Of a stretch of 64,000 nt of DNA, positions 41,468 to 55,844 are shown piece by piece. The DNA lies in the NCBI GenBank assembly GCA_964016885.1, contig OZ024742.1:49600001-49664000 (forward strand). Reading direction: 5' to 3'. Source of the DNA: Eledone cirrhosa. Lineage: Eukaryota. The position numbers and the translations under genes are program-made. Each line of letters begins with the position of its first letter. The stretch's first letter is position 1. The notes below the pieces were generated by a model that was given only the letters and a program-made list of their open reading frames with translations, did no database searches and had not been told where the DNA came from.

Positions 41468-42909
41468 GAGAGAGAGAAAGGAAGTGAAGAAAAGAAAGTA
41501 AAATATCCCCCTAAATAGTTATAATTCATGTATCTACATATACATATTTATATGTATATATTTACACAATCTTTTCATTTTCAAGTAATTTTTATATTTC
41601 TAACCTTCTTCAGAAGTCAAATTTCACTCACCACTATACTGCAATTCTTTACATTATGAAATCTATACACGTCTATTCAATTATATTGCTAAAGGCTTGC
41701 AATCGTTACTGCCAAGCAGATTCTTTTTCTTCTGCCAAAATCAATAGTTCAGAAGCATTGATATCCATTATAAGACTATTTCCAATACTGCTTTTCCACC
41801 TTACACCCCAAATATTGATTATTTTATTTCTTATTTTGTCTTTTTATATTTCCATATTATCTTTCTATGATTTATTATTTTTCCAAATATTTATGGCTGT
41901 GTTCATGTTAATTTTAGTGTCATGCAGCGGTGTTTGCTTCTATATGCTCGACTGTGTGTGTGTATATATATATGTATATAGAAACATATAATATATATAT
42001 ATATAATATTTATATTCAGATTTTCCTCCTTTTCCTTTCCTTTGATATTTTCAAAGAAGATTTATTTGAGAATGAAGCCTTAATCTTTAAAAACTTTAAT
42101 TGAAACTCAGAAAATGCAGAAGGGTTTATAAATGGAACTTTAAAGAAAAGGGAAAGAACGAACTGTAATCACAAATGTGTATTGTCTAATTAAGCAGATA
42201 AAAAGGAGAAACATCAAATACATGACAGAATTCAGAGTTCCAGTGTGATAATTCTTGATTGAAATCCCTCAACAATAGCAATGAAAATATAAATTCAATG
42301 AATAAACAGCTGAAATGAATAGAAAGAAACAAACATTATCTGAACATATAAAAACAAACGAACAAACGAAAAAGGCAAATTGCAATTACATCTTTATTAG
42401 TGTTTTATTTTGTATGCTTTTCTTAATGACTATCGTAATAGTTTCTTTAGATAATGAAACGAAAATGGAATACATTTCCATCCATTTGTATTCAAATAAT
42501 AATAAACAAGAAATTTGTAAAGGAATTCAGCCGGATAATGTGTGTACTTTTGGGGAACAATTACCTCAACTAATATGAAAGAAGTGTAACTCCATATGGA
42601 ATTTCATACAACTTGTTTCTCAGCTTTTACTGTAGTTTCATTTGCTGTGGTTGAATTTTACAGCTTCTAACAATAACACCAGCAACAGTAGTAGCTCTTA
42701 CTGCAATGCCATATCATTAATGATAATAGTAATAATCAGATGTATGAATTCAATAGGAAAATATAGTGTCTAATAGGTTCTTAAGTACATTAGTGGATAT
42801 TTATGCACTCTGATGAGGAAGGTGTTGGCAGTGGTCTTATATGATAAATCTGTGTCTTGATAAGTATACTAACTTTCAAATGTGGAGACAGCATAACTGA
42901 AGAGTTAAA

Positions 42910-43170
42910 AAGGCTCTCGGTTCAATCCCCCTGTGTAACAGATACCTTAGGAAAGTATTTTTTACCATAACCTTGAGTCAACCAAAGCTTTGTGAATGAA
43001 ATTGGGTAGATAGAAACTATTTTGAAGCCTGACAGATGGATTTTTACCTGTAGTTCAAAGGGCCAGCTTTGCCACACACTGTGTCACACTGTGTCTCCCT
43101 GAGCATTATTTAATGGTACATATGTCTGTTAAATGCTCAGTCACTTTCAGGTTAATTTCAGGAGCATGCC
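42910..43170 (+). mobile_element. Second tRNA-type SINE family (B), degenerate
   Basis: GGTTCAATCCC B box. The body matches the reverse copy at 12140-12480 (AAAGGGCCAGCTTTG.CACACACTGTGTCA). Confidence 0.6.
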
Positions 43171-45725
43171 ATTAATTTCATCATCTCATGTGGACAGACG
43201 GACTCACACATACTTGTATAATAGAATATGTTCAATGAACCATAATATTTCAAACTTTCAAACATTAACTGAATGTGCACTCAATACTGGTAAGTAGAGT
43301 ATAGAAATATCTTGTTTAAATAGAATTGGAAAGATCATTAAACTTTCCTGCATTATTATGTGGTCATACTTAGGTTTTGTTAAATTTATGAAATATGTTT
43401 GCATTTTTGTAAAAATGCTTCAATGTTGGTTAACTAAAAAAATAGTTGAGCAAGTTGAATAAGGGTTGGTATTCAGCTGTTTATTGATAGACAGGCTACT
43501 TGTAATTAAATACATGTGTAGAAGTGACGTCAGAATGAGTATCCTCCACCACCAACTAACTTACCCTCCACCTCTGGACTTCGGCCAACAAGATGGAGAA
43601 TGCATTGACCCAGAGGATGATGAGGGAGTCGCACTGAAACAGCCACTTCACCTCTCAACTGCAGGTAGACCAACTGCAGGCAGCCAACTCCACTTTGATA
43701 GCAGTGCGTAGGGATGTAGTCCAGGGGCTAAGAACATGAGAAATCTCCACTGCTACAGGCTCTCCCACAAACCTATCTTAGAGTGGTCGATACTTGGAGA
43801 GTTTGCCCTCTTCAGCTACAAGCACAGGCTTTGCTGCCTGCAAAGCTGATGTTGAATAAGTAACCAGTGGAGAGAGAAAAATATAGACTGATCCACTTCT
43901 AATTATTTTGCTGCTGTCCAGCACAAAGAAGATATAATATTTGATTCCCTCAAGGGTCTCTGTCTAAGTTTTTGCATTGCCAGGGGTTACTTACCTGACA
44001 TATTCAACTATTATTTGTAGTTTCTCTGCATTGTGGCAAAAAGCATGGATGGGCTCCATTAGGTTTAAAATGTCACTAGGACACGACTTTGACTCCATCA
44101 AGAATTACATGCCCATACATATACATTATTCTTCATATCTTCCAGCAAGGCATAGTTGGACATTTTATTATCCTTTCTGATGCCAACAATTCTCCTTGTT
44201 TTTAAAGATTTGGCTCCAACATTTACAAGTCAAGAATGAGATATTTCCTATTTATTGTACTGTACAACTTATTTCTTTTTACTAATACTTGGTTCACTGT
44301 CCAAATTATGTTTACTTTTTAGTACTTGCAGATCTTCATGCAGTTTAGCTTAGGGAAGCAGGCAGATACAAATATTTCTGCTTGCTATATGTATTTGTAT
44401 GGGTATGTGTTTGGCCTTATTACCTCAAACAGTGTGTGTCAAGTGCTTTGCTAAAGTACAGTGATCTGCACTGAAACTATTATGTGTGCATGGAAAATAT
44501 TTTACAGAATTTGTGTAAGAATTTTAAAATAAACAAACAATATTTTAGCTTCTCCGCATTTCTTAATAAATTTTGAGTATAAAATGTAGTTAAACAAACA
44601 GACGTGTTTCTCAGTGCATAGGTGTTGCTTGCATCATGTTTGTTTCAGTGATTCAGGTGAACTTCTTTCATCAGTGCAATTGCCTGTTGTAATTTTTCTT
44701 TAAACAATTAACTCTAAAATAGTAAATGGATTATGTCAAGAAAACATAACAACCATGCTTAAATGAAAAGATAGCTAGCAAGCTTAGGTTGCATGTCTGA
44801 TGAATAAGATTTTTAAGCATAGTGTCCATCATGCACTTCTTGAAATAAAATTATATGCTATTTCAATAGGTTAATTCAGAAAGAAACAAACCATTCACAC
44901 CTTAAAGTCATATTTTCAGGTATTTCAATGTATTCGTTCAAGAAGAAACAAAATAAACCATTTGTTTTGAACAAAGGTGTAAATTATTTGGAGAAAGTTT
45001 TTGAGTAACAGAAACCAGAAAGTAAATAGATATGCATACATTAAGTTGGTGACCCATTTTGTTGCTCTATAATATTAAAGACAAGAATTTAGGTTATTCT
45101 ATCGTTTCTCTGTGATAGAGAGAAAATGAATGTCTATTTGCTTCAAATAAAGGTGATCTCTTATCTAGGAAATATCCTTAAAACATGAAGCTTATGTATT
45201 GTATTATAAAACGAAATCAAGTAAAAATGACATGCTTTTTGTTTTAAGCTATTTTTTATTTGGTAGTGCTAACAATTTCTCTATAAAAATATATCCATGA
45301 ATTAATGTATATTTCATGTTTCAAATATATACACAACGTCAATTGTTTGAATATTTAGGCACACAAATATGCAATAATATTAACATTATTATAGTGATTT
45401 TATGATTTTATAAGGATGGAAGTCAGAAAGTGTTAGAGCATAGAACAAAATGGCTTATATCATTGAGAAATATTCTTTACATATTAAGGTTTCAGTTACT
45501 GCTGGAAAATATAATGTGAGTCAATTTAAAATATTCCCTATAAAATGTGTAGCTTTGAGCCATTCATCATCATCATTTTTACATTAAATTTTTCATGCTA
45601 GAATGGGATGGGAGGGACGTTTTGCGACAGTGTCTTACAACTGGTTACCATTCCTGATACTAATCCTTTTAGTCACGTCCTATGGTACACAAGGATAGGG
45701 CTTATCTATTCTAAACTGGATACAC

Positions 45726-45970
45726 ATCATCATCATTATTTAATGTCCATCTACCATGCTAGTATGGGTTAGACGGATTTGTCCCATTTAGAGGCAGGTT
45801 GGGTCGGGTGACTGTGTCTCACTCATATAGGACTGGTTCTGACTGGTTTTCTACGACTGCATGCCCTTCCTAGAACCACCCACTTTTACTGTGTATGTTG
45901 TGTGCTTTTTGTCATGACACCTACACAACCACTTTAAAGTGTGGGCTGTATGTTTTGTGGTACCAACATA
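45726..45970 (-). mobile_element. RTE 3'-UTR-type short repeat (family C)
   Basis: Shares (CAT)n..TTTAATGTCCA..CATGC, TTTCTA.G.CTG.ATGCCCTTCCTA with 47325-47620. Other copies lie near 10-110, 7735-7780, 16208-16345, 31670-31940 and 55970-56150. Confidence 0.7.
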
Positions 45971-46015
45971 ATATACACACACATATATATATACACATAT
46001 ATATCATGATAATGA

Positions 46016-47292
46016 TCTACTATATAAATGGCAATTTCAGTCTGTCTGTGTATCTGTGTATAACCAGTTGGCGCCTGCACCAGTGATCAAATCATGATGA
46101 AACTTTACACACTTCTTAAGCTAATATTCAAAGATAGGACTAACTAATTGTTTTTTAATAAAAATCAATAATGGAACACCTGGGGACATCTTTAGAATGG
46201 AAGAGGAAAGAGAAGATGTTTCAGTGAGAGAGGGGGAAGAGGAGATACTACTACTGTATGTAAAACCCTCCCTCCCACTACTCCCCTTCCTCCTCCCACA
46301 ACTTAGTCCTCAAAAATGAGGCAACAACTTATTAGAAATATACATAAAGAAATTCCAAACAAAGCAGACGACAATGATTTTGGTTGACGACTGAACAGAT
46401 GTCTCTGTATATATATATATATATATATATATCACATCCACTGATATGGATTCTGAACATATTCACATGCTTAGGTCCCATTAAGGTCAACAGCAGGAAT
46501 TGATGATAAGTTACAAAAAAGTGTGATGATTAATGACCTGGAAGTTGGCTTACAATGAGACTAGTCCGAAGAATAAAACCAAAGTCGTATGTTGATGAAT
46601 ATTTGTATTCCCGGCATGTTAATTGTAACATGCTGTCTTTGAGAGTAGAGTTTATTTGGTCGATATTTTGAGGTGTTGGATCATGGGAAGATTAACACAA
46701 ATTAAGCTGATGTAACTTCTCCTCCATTATTGACACTTTGCAACAGTGAACGTTACAAGGATCTCATTAGGGCCAACACTTCTGATCGTTTATCCGACTT
46801 ATGGTGTGTTTTCTTGGGTTATGTCTATTATAGGGGGAAAAACAAGATGGTTTTATTGAACTGCTTCAGTCATTCGAAGGGCTTTACAAATGGTGATATA
46901 CAGGGTGCCTGAACAGTACCTGAATATGTTCACTCGGTTATAACTTTTTCAATAATTGCAATATCTTCCTCAATTCTTCTGTGTTTGCTATTCAGTGCTA
47001 AGGCAGTAAGTCTGCTATTTTATACATAGGTTTGTTGAATAAGTTTGATACTATTCGAGCTCAAACTTTCCCGGCTTATTCACTCTGAATAAAAAAAGCT
47101 AAATGGAAAGACGACTTATGATTTAAACAGCTATTGATAGTTTCACACAAAAAATTGATCTGCCATGAACACACCTAGCAAAGGCTGCTATTGAAAATCC
47201 AGTATGGGCACCAATGGTCGCTAGCATTTCCAGGCGCACTCTGGGAACTGCGGAAAACACTTTTTGCGGGTATTACCGAGTACTGCAGCTAC
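46016..47292 (+). mobile_element. Probable non-autonomous Helitron
   Basis: 5' A|TCTACTATATAAA followed by GTCTGTCTGT and GATGAAACTTTACAC. The 3' end CGGGTATTACCGAGTACTGCAGCTAC|T resembles a degenerate hairpin plus CTAG terminus. Confidence 0.5.
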
Positions 47293-47324
<32 letters not shown>

Positions 47325-47325
<1 letters not shown>

Positions 47326-48828
47326 CATCATCATCATCATCATCATCGTTTAACGTCCATCTTCCACACTTGCATGGGTTTGTACGGGAGTTTTCCCACT
47401 TGAGGCAAGATTTGTTGTCCTGTTCGTATAGGACTGTCTGGCAGGTTTTCTACGGCTCGATGCCCTTCCTAACACCAACCACGTTTACAGTGTGGACTGG
47501 GTGGTTTTTACCGTGTTACCTACACGGCCACATTACAGCATGGACTGTGTGTTTTTTTGTTGTGACACCTACACGACCTCATTTGTTTCGGACTGGATGT
47601 TGTGGTACCAACATAACTTCACATTTAAGGGGGTGGTGTGGATGGGGTCGGGGGTAGTGGGACGGGGTGTATTTTGTTAGAGGTGCCTACTGACTGTAGG
47701 TTTCGCTTTGTACTTAGGCAAGGCGGGTCTTCTGTATGACTGTGTAGTGCCAAAGATCTCGGTCCAGTGACATTGTCTTGGAGAGGTGTAAGTGTGTGAG
47801 GTCGGAATTTATCAAGTTGTCCCAGGTTTTTCTGGGCCTGCCTACTCCGTGGCTACCGTCTATTTTTATCACCCTGCTCTTTTTTATACCGCTGTCGTCT
47901 TTCATGCACATCACATGACCGTACCAACGTAGTCTTCTCTCGACTAAGCAACATCTGATCCCTCTTATTCCTAATTTCTCCCTTAGTTTGTTTATGCTTT
48001 GCCGTTCACGTATATTACTATTACACATCCAGCATTTCTCTCAAGTCTGCGAATGTCCTCTGCAAACAATGCCCATGTCTCACTGCCATTTAACATTGCT
48101 GTTCATATGCAGGCATCATACAGCCTGCCTTTCATTTTTAGAGAACCCTTTAGCGGCCAATAGTGGTATAAGCTTTCTGAACTTTTTCCATCCTGTTCTG
48201 ACTCTAGCTACTGTACTTTCAAATCACCCTCCCCCACTGCTGATTTTGTCACCCAGGTAATGGAAAGTGTCCACTATTTCTATAGAACCATCTGTGCAAT
48301 TGAACAAGCTAGTATTCTGTGGGCACTTGCTGCTACTTAATGCACGAGAGCACCGGCCACATGTAACATCTATATTCTTAGTTAGCTTACCTGTGATCCC
48401 ACTACATCTTTTATGCACCCATACTTTGCATTTGGGACATAAAATGGAGTTTCTGCCTACTCCTTTCCTACACACAGAGCATGGCCATTTCCCAGATGGG
48501 ACCGGTGCCCTATTTTCCTTCCTACAAACTAGAACTTTAATCTTAGACAAGTTAACTTTAAGGCCTTTTGTTTCTAGGCCATGCTTCCATGTTTGGAATT
48601 TCTTCTCTAGTTCAGCCATTGATTCAGCTATGAGCATTAGATCATCTGCATATACAAGTTCCCATGGGCAGCCGGTCTTGAACTCCTCTGTTATAGCTTG
48701 AAGGGCAATAATAAATAGTAGTGGGCTAAGAACGGAGTCCTGATGAACACCAACTTTTACGCTAAACTCTTCACTATATTCGTTGTTAATTCTAACCTTG
48801 CTGACTGTTTCTTTATACATGGCTTGTA
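47325..48828 (-). mobile_element. 5'-truncated RTE-type LINE (RT with embedded PHD finger, C-terminus, 3' UTR, (GAT)n tail)
   Basis: ORF 48224-48820 has VHQDSVLSPLLF, YADD, a C4HC3 finger and FHYLGD. ORF 47714-48028 has RRLRWYGHV and GRPRKTW. The 3' UTR ends GGACGTTAAACGATGATGATG. Confidence 0.88.
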
Positions 48829-48900
48829 CATATATATATACATAGAGTATATATCACCTCCATCTTATGTCCATTTTCCACACTAGCATTTAATATTTCA

Positions 48901-49090
48901 TGGTGAATTGACAGTATCGGTAGAGGGTCGGACGCCATGCTTTGACGCATAGAGTTACGGCCCTTGCCATTCTGAGTACAAATCCCGCCGAGGTTAACTT
49001 TGCCTTTCATCCTTACGGGGTCGATAAAATAAAGTACCAGTAATGTACTGGGTAATTGCTGGCCTTGTGCCAATAGTAGAAACAATTATT
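48901..49090 (+). mobile_element. SINE family A, young short variant
   Basis: Near-identical to the 32952 and 9370 copies. Confidence 0.9.
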
Positions 49091-49968
49091 TCTAGTGGGT
49101 CAAATGACCACATAAATCTCCCTCATTGGCTGTAATTTGGTATTTAATTGATGACAAGGTTTGATGTGGCAGCTAGTTATGTGAGCTGTGCAAGGTGTTG
49201 TTTATGTGTCAGACATTTCTCAATAGATTGGTTGACAAAATGCATTGCAATATTTGCTTTTGTTAGTTCATGTTTTCAGTAACTGAATTTTAGAAATAAT
49301 AATATATTTCTGGCATTTGTACTATGCCAAATATGTTATAGTGAATTTAAAAAACATCAATATCTGACTAGTAATATTTTACCAACTATGAAATGATAAG
49401 GAGTAAATTTGAATTTACCAAGATGTTTTAATTTGACATACTTTTCCTTCCAGAGTTCATAAAGTATATAAAAGCCTGGTGTAGATTCAATATCTCTAGT
49501 ACCCTCTGTAAAGAATTCTAGCCATGTTTCAATGCTAGAGTTCTACCATATTTTATGGCATACAATACCTGCATTTACATTTATCAAAAAATAGAACGAA
49601 TATCACCATCTTCCTATCATATGAAGTTGGGCAACACATTTTAATATTATATAACTACCCATACGATTTGGATGTATATAACTTAACTTGTCTATTACAT
49701 AAGATGTCTTCATTTTTTGTCCCTTGTCTTATTTTATCAGATATTAATATTAAAAAAAATTTTGTGTAGAAATCATAACAATAATATTTTATGTTGTTAT
49801 GATGCTAAAATTTGAATGTATACAACTAAACTGTGACTTAAAGTATAAAATATCTGTTGCCTTATTTTTTGTTGTTGTTGTTGTTGCTTTATAATAGATT
49901 AATATTTAAAGAGTGGTGGGAGGAGGAATAGTGTATGAAGCTAGCAACCTTACCTCCATTAATCTAAA

Positions 49969-50528
49969 TTAATATTCCATGCAGAAATGCCCATGTGTCT
50001 TAATATTCCATGCAGAAATGCCCATGTGTCTTAATATTCCATGCAGAAATGCTCATGCATCTTAATATTCCATGCAGAAATGCCCATGTGTCTTAATATT
50101 CCATGCAGAAATGCCCATGTGTCTTAATATTCCATGCAGAAATGCCCATGTGTCTTAATATTCCATGCAGAAATGCCCATGTGTCTTAATATTCCATGCA
50201 GAAATGCCCATGCATCTTAATATTCCATGCAGAAATGCCCATGTGTCTTAATATTCCATGCAGAAATGCCCATGCATCTTAATATTCCATGCAGAAATGC
50301 TCATGCATCTTAATATTCCATGCAGAAATGCCCATATGTCTTAATATTCCATGCAGAAATGCCCATGTGTCTTAATTGTCCATGCAGAAATGCCCATGCG
50401 TCTTAATATTCCATGCAGAAATGCCCATGCGGCTTAATATTCCATGCAGAAATGCCCATGCGGCTTAATATTCCATGCAGAAATGCTCATGCGTCTTAAT
50501 ATTCCATGCAGAAATGCTCATGTGGCTT
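49969..50528. repeat. Minisatellite, 31-bp unit x 18
   Basis: TTAATATTCCATGCAGAAATGCCCATGTGTC repeated head to tail with no spacers. Confidence 0.97.
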
Positions 50529-52993
50529 CTATGTTATAAAATCTGCTATATTATTATTGCTTAAAACATGTTACTTTGGTTCTGAAGTGAGGAATGGCTG
50601 CAGTATTGATAAAGTGTGTGGGTGTAAGTGTGGTTAAAACTTTGTATGAGTTTACATATGAATATGAAATTTAATAAGGGAAGATGAAATAAAGACAAAA
50701 TGGACTTCCTTCTGAATGTATTCTACTTTTATTCTGTTACATAATTAGAAAAAATATTTAATCCAATATTAGCCACAAAGTTAATCAATATAAACAAAGG
50801 AAACTTTTTTCTACAAATGTGATGAATATCTTAATATATGTCACACTTCTAAATATTATAGCCATCAATATATGTTATTGTTTATTCTATAACCTGAAGC
50901 TTTCCCAGTATATAATGTGTGAAATATAGTTAGGTCATAGGCTTAATATACAAATAATTTGCAAACATAGCAACATTTATTTTGTATTGCTTCATAATAA
51001 CTGAGAAAAAAAATTGATTTCACTTTGGTAGTTGCTGAAGTAACAGCAAACTTAGGCTTGCATTTAAGGAAACAAATATGACAAAAATATAGATCTATCA
51101 TGTTTTGGTATTTGTATATGTCAAATGAAGGGAATAATAACTGACATGCTCAAACAATGTATGATTCTAGTAACAAGAGCTTCTTATATTTACAAAATAA
51201 TTTCATTCAAGTATAGTGAAGTATGGCAAACAATGAGACAATAGTAAATATATTACAATGTAGGGTGGCTGATTACTAAACTGCACTCCCTGATGGAGAG
51301 AGACAAAAAGAAAAAAAACTGAGACCAATGGGGTGGGGGGACAAAAGAAGCATAAATAAGATTTAAACAAGTAAAAAGTATGAGCAGCTATAAAGTAGCC
51401 CAACATTACTGTTGTTGAATCATTTTGTACCATCCATAACCTGATCCCCATTTAAGACAGATAGCTCAAACAATGTAGACAAATGAGTATTATTTGCTTT
51501 GTAACAAACTAATGAAGCTCTTTCTACAAAGATCAACATTTCAAGCATTTAAAGACAAAATGCTGTAAACCATCTCACAAGCATTTTACTGTCTAGCTAA
51601 TTCTTACATCCTAGATGATATTATTAGCTGTGGTCATAATGTTAATGGTGATAATGATGGTAAAATGCTATTTGATAAATGTTCCTAATAATCATTAAAG
51701 TATTTAATAAATATTTCCTCTCAGTACATTTTAGTGCAAGATTGCTCTATACAGCTCTAGTATAATTGTTTACAGGTGTTAAACATTTACACTGATGAGA
51801 TAAAACTCATCTACTTATATTCTCACCCACACTCACATATACAAAATACATCTATTATTGTACACATAGACATATTTTTATCGTTACATAAATGTTTTCA
51901 AACCCTTTGAGAATGAACAGCATCTAAGATTGATATATCCATTCTATAGCTTATCAGAAGATTTAGGAAGTATTCTGCTTTGGCTGACACTATAAAAGTT
52001 TTCGGTTTCAAAAACGCTATTTCTTGGCTTAAAATTACTCCCACCTTTATAATAAGAGAAAGGAAGTCAAAAATAGAAATACTAAAATGCAAGATAAGGC
52101 AGATAAATTAATAAATAGCAAAAGGAAATGAGTAATCGATACATTGTCAGTGGAAGGTAAAGTTTTCCTCTTTTCTTTTCAATGGAATTCACATCTGCAC
52201 ATTTGTCTTATGTACCCAGTTTATTACAAGAACAGTAAGAACATTTCTTCATTCAAACTGAGAAACTGTTATTGTATGTGAGTTTATATGCGTGTGAAGG
52301 ATATATATGTATGTATATATATAAATATATGTATATATGTATGTGTGTGTGTGTGTGTATATATATATATACAGAGAGAGAGCGAGAGAGAGAGGGGGGA
52401 GATAGATAGATAGAGGGTGGGGAGAGACTGATAGGAGGAGCTATCAAACATCTAATAACGAACTTTGGTGATGTGCATGAAAAAAAAACCTTTTAAAGTA
52501 GACTTAGTAAAACATAGATTAACTGAAATCTTTGGTGGATAATAAAGCATTAATGGCGATTATCCTGATAGAAGTATTCACAATAACTAAAAGCTTATGG
52601 AAAGGAAGTAAAGAAAGATAATTAAAATTGGAAGGCTTTACTTCTTTTCTCTATGTTTTTTTTTAAAACTTCATTATATTCTTTTCTTTCTCTACTTTGA
52701 TAATTTGTTCCACTGAAAGCTGATTATCAGCAATAATTCTGTTCAATGCTATTTTTGTGTTTCTTTACAATCGTTAAGTCATCTCTGTTGAGTCTCTGCC
52801 AACGGTGATATAGGTATGTGTGTGTGTGTATATATATATATATATACATATTACACCCACACAAGCATATATGGGTGAACATATATCAGTGTGTGTGTGT
52901 GTGTGTGTCTATATATATATATATACACACACACAGATATATGTTCATCCACATATGCCTGTGTGGGTGTAATATCCACAAAATCTTGATTCT

Positions 52994-53065
<72 letters not shown>

Positions 53066-53796
53066 GTATATATAAGGAAAATCAAGATTTTAACTATGAA
53101 AAATAGTTATATAAGTTAGGTATAAAACAAATTGTACAGCGCTGCCCACAGGACTCAAACACACACCTGCAATATACTGTTTTTTTCATCATAATCATTA
53201 CACTAAAGTGCCAGCTAACAAACTTCTTTTTTATATGAAGCATTATAAACCAGACATGTGTATATATATGTAAAAAATCTATATTTAGAACTATTGAGCG
53301 ATAAGAAATTTGAATTTGTAAGTTAAAAGCATCAAAACTTTTTTTACTTATGAAAAATAGTCTAATAAGTTGGTTATATAAACCCTGGAGATGGAATATA
53401 GTTTGTACAACACTGCTCGTGGAACTCAAAGTCACACGTGCAATATACTGTTCAACATAAGGCAGATGTTAGTTTGAGTCCCATAGGTGACGCAATCAAT
53501 TTGTTTCCATCAAGGGGCCTTTATGCTCAATTTGTTAGACTAAACTTTTAGTAAAAAAAATATGGTAAAGCTTCTAACTTTAGTTTGATTATCGGCATAT
53601 ATATAGTGAAAAAAAGTGTGGGCGTTAGAAAACGTTTTTTACAGATCACCTGGTATATATATAAAAAGTATCTTTATAACATGTACAAAAAATTGATGTT
53701 AGCGAATCATGCTTACTCCATTCTCCATTTCGGATCTTCAAAACATTTGTTATTAGGTTAAATTGTTTTTTCATTAAAACTCCTGCATGCTGATTT

Positions 53797-53842
<46 letters not shown>

Positions 53843-54290
53843 TGCATGGTGTTGTACTTCCAGAGGAAATCGTAAGGGTGCTGTAACAACATACAGCCTT
53901 TCTAGTCCATAAATATATAAATATGTTTCCTACAAAATGTGGTAGTTAGAATTTTAACATTTGGTCAGCTGAAAGGTTGAAGTATAAATTGTATATAAGA
54001 ATCTTTTGCCCAATGACAAACTGATCCTTAACTTAGAGATCTGAGTTCAAGTTATAATCAAGCCATAATCTTTTCCTACCGTAATTAAACTAGCTTTTCT
54101 CTCCCTAATATATCTCTTCTAAGCTTTACACTTAAAAGTTCACACTATGTTTTGTAAAGGACAAATAATTTTATGTGACATTTATTGTGACAAAAATGTA
54201 ATTTCAAGAAATGTAGTAGCATTTTGATTCTAGTATTACTATTCCAGATGGCATGGGAAAATACATGAGATCATTATTAGGCTGATAAAG

Positions 54291-54712
54291 GCCGGTGGAT
54301 TGGCAATATCAGTAGAACATTGGATAACATACTTTTCGGCATATAGTTACAATTCTTTACCTTCTGAGTTCAAATATCGTTGAGGTTAGCTTTAACTTTC
54401 ATCCTCTGGGGCCGAGAAAATAAAGTACCACTAATGCACTAGGGTTGATTTAATCGACTTTTCCCTCCTTCAAAAAGTTGGCATTGTGCCTAAATCAGAA
54501 ATCATTATTAGGCTGATAAAGATTGGCAGAATATGGTGTAAGAAAAAATGTTTTACAGTATTTAGTTACAGATCTTCATGGTTTGGGTTCAGGTAATATC
54601 GAGTTTAACTTTGCCTTTTATTCATTTGGGGTCAATAAAATATAGCATCAGATTTTATTGAATTTCGCTACCCACAAATTTATTGACCTTACACCTAAAC
54701 TAGAAATCGTTG
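54291..54712 (+). mobile_element. Two tandem SINE family A copies; the first has a 21-bp TSD
   Basis: TSD ATCATTATTAGGCTGATAAAG at 54270-54290 and 54501-54521. A second degenerate copy follows. Confidence 0.85.
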
Positions 54713-55087
54713 TTAACGTAGTTGAGTTAACAACAGGAACAAAGTGGGCTATACTGTTTCTAGTTCTTCTTTTAGTGTCAAGAATATAAATAGTTCTAGG
54801 ATTAATTTAGTTATGATAGTCTCTATTTGAACGAAGTGCAAATTACATACTTAGTTATTGCTTTCAATTAGAAAAAGAATATTTTAACTTAGTGAAAATG
54901 AATTTGTGGCTGTTATGGGTTTTCATACTCTGCTTGCTACTACTACCACTACATACATATGCATAGTTAGGTGAGAAACTAAGCCCTGTGTAACTTGGGG
55001 TTGGCATAGCAGGCAGTTGTGAGGGTTTTGCCTATGCCACTCTAAGACTTACAGATATCTCAGTCTTCAGTTCAAACAGGGCATTAG

Positions 55088-55812
55088 GTCAGTGTTTAAA
55101 GCTAAGTTTCTGTTGCATTTTGCAGTTTCAATACCTGTGGATTTGTTCTGTGTAAAACAGTCACAATGTTTAGGGTTATATGAGAAGTAGTTAGCAATGT
55201 AACACACACATATATATATATATATATATTAAGTGTATTGAGTTCAAAACTCAAGCATTCCTTTACAATGAAATAGCTCAAAGAAAGAAATATTTCTGAG
55301 CCATATAAAACAAGTAAATATAAATTAATATATATGATGAAACACAAATACCAACATATCTGTGTTTATATTGTAAAAGAAATTAAGTTAACTAGAATGA
55401 AATATACTAATTATAATATTACAGTTTGCCTATCTCGATTTAAAATAATAAATCAATAAAAACAAACAGTATTGGCAAATGGCCATGGTGTTTAGACAAA
55501 TTTAAATTTCAAAATCAAACCTGTTCTGTAGATAAGTTTAAACTTTAAAATCCAAATATGTTTCGAGATGAATAAGTGTAAGGATATCATGTCCAGCTCA
55601 CATCAGTAAACACCCTGAACAAATTGATATGCTTCACTTCTAAATATTTTAAAAGACTGTTTAACACACATTGTTTAACACATGGTTTTCCAGTTTCTAG
55701 CCAGCCTATTATAATTAGTATATTTCATTCTAGCTAACTTAATTTCTTTTACAATATAAACACAGATATGTTGGTATTTGTGTTTCATCATATATATTAA
55801 TTTATATTTACT

Positions 55813-55844
<32 letters not shown>

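Noticed and set aside
42451-42516. Possible 66-nt exon (TTTCTTTAG..GTAAAG)
   Set aside because: The donor is weak and the peptide is unrecognisable, so it cannot be supported from sequence alone.
49969-50528. 31-bp repeat array as a CRISPR
   Set aside because: Units are contiguous with no unique spacers, there are no cas genes, and the context is eukaryotic.
34895-51815. Other CTGATGA occurrences (about 34900, 37557, 42810, 44797, 51792) as hammerheads
   Set aside because: They have no compatible stem II-GAAA-stem III-stem I arrangement.
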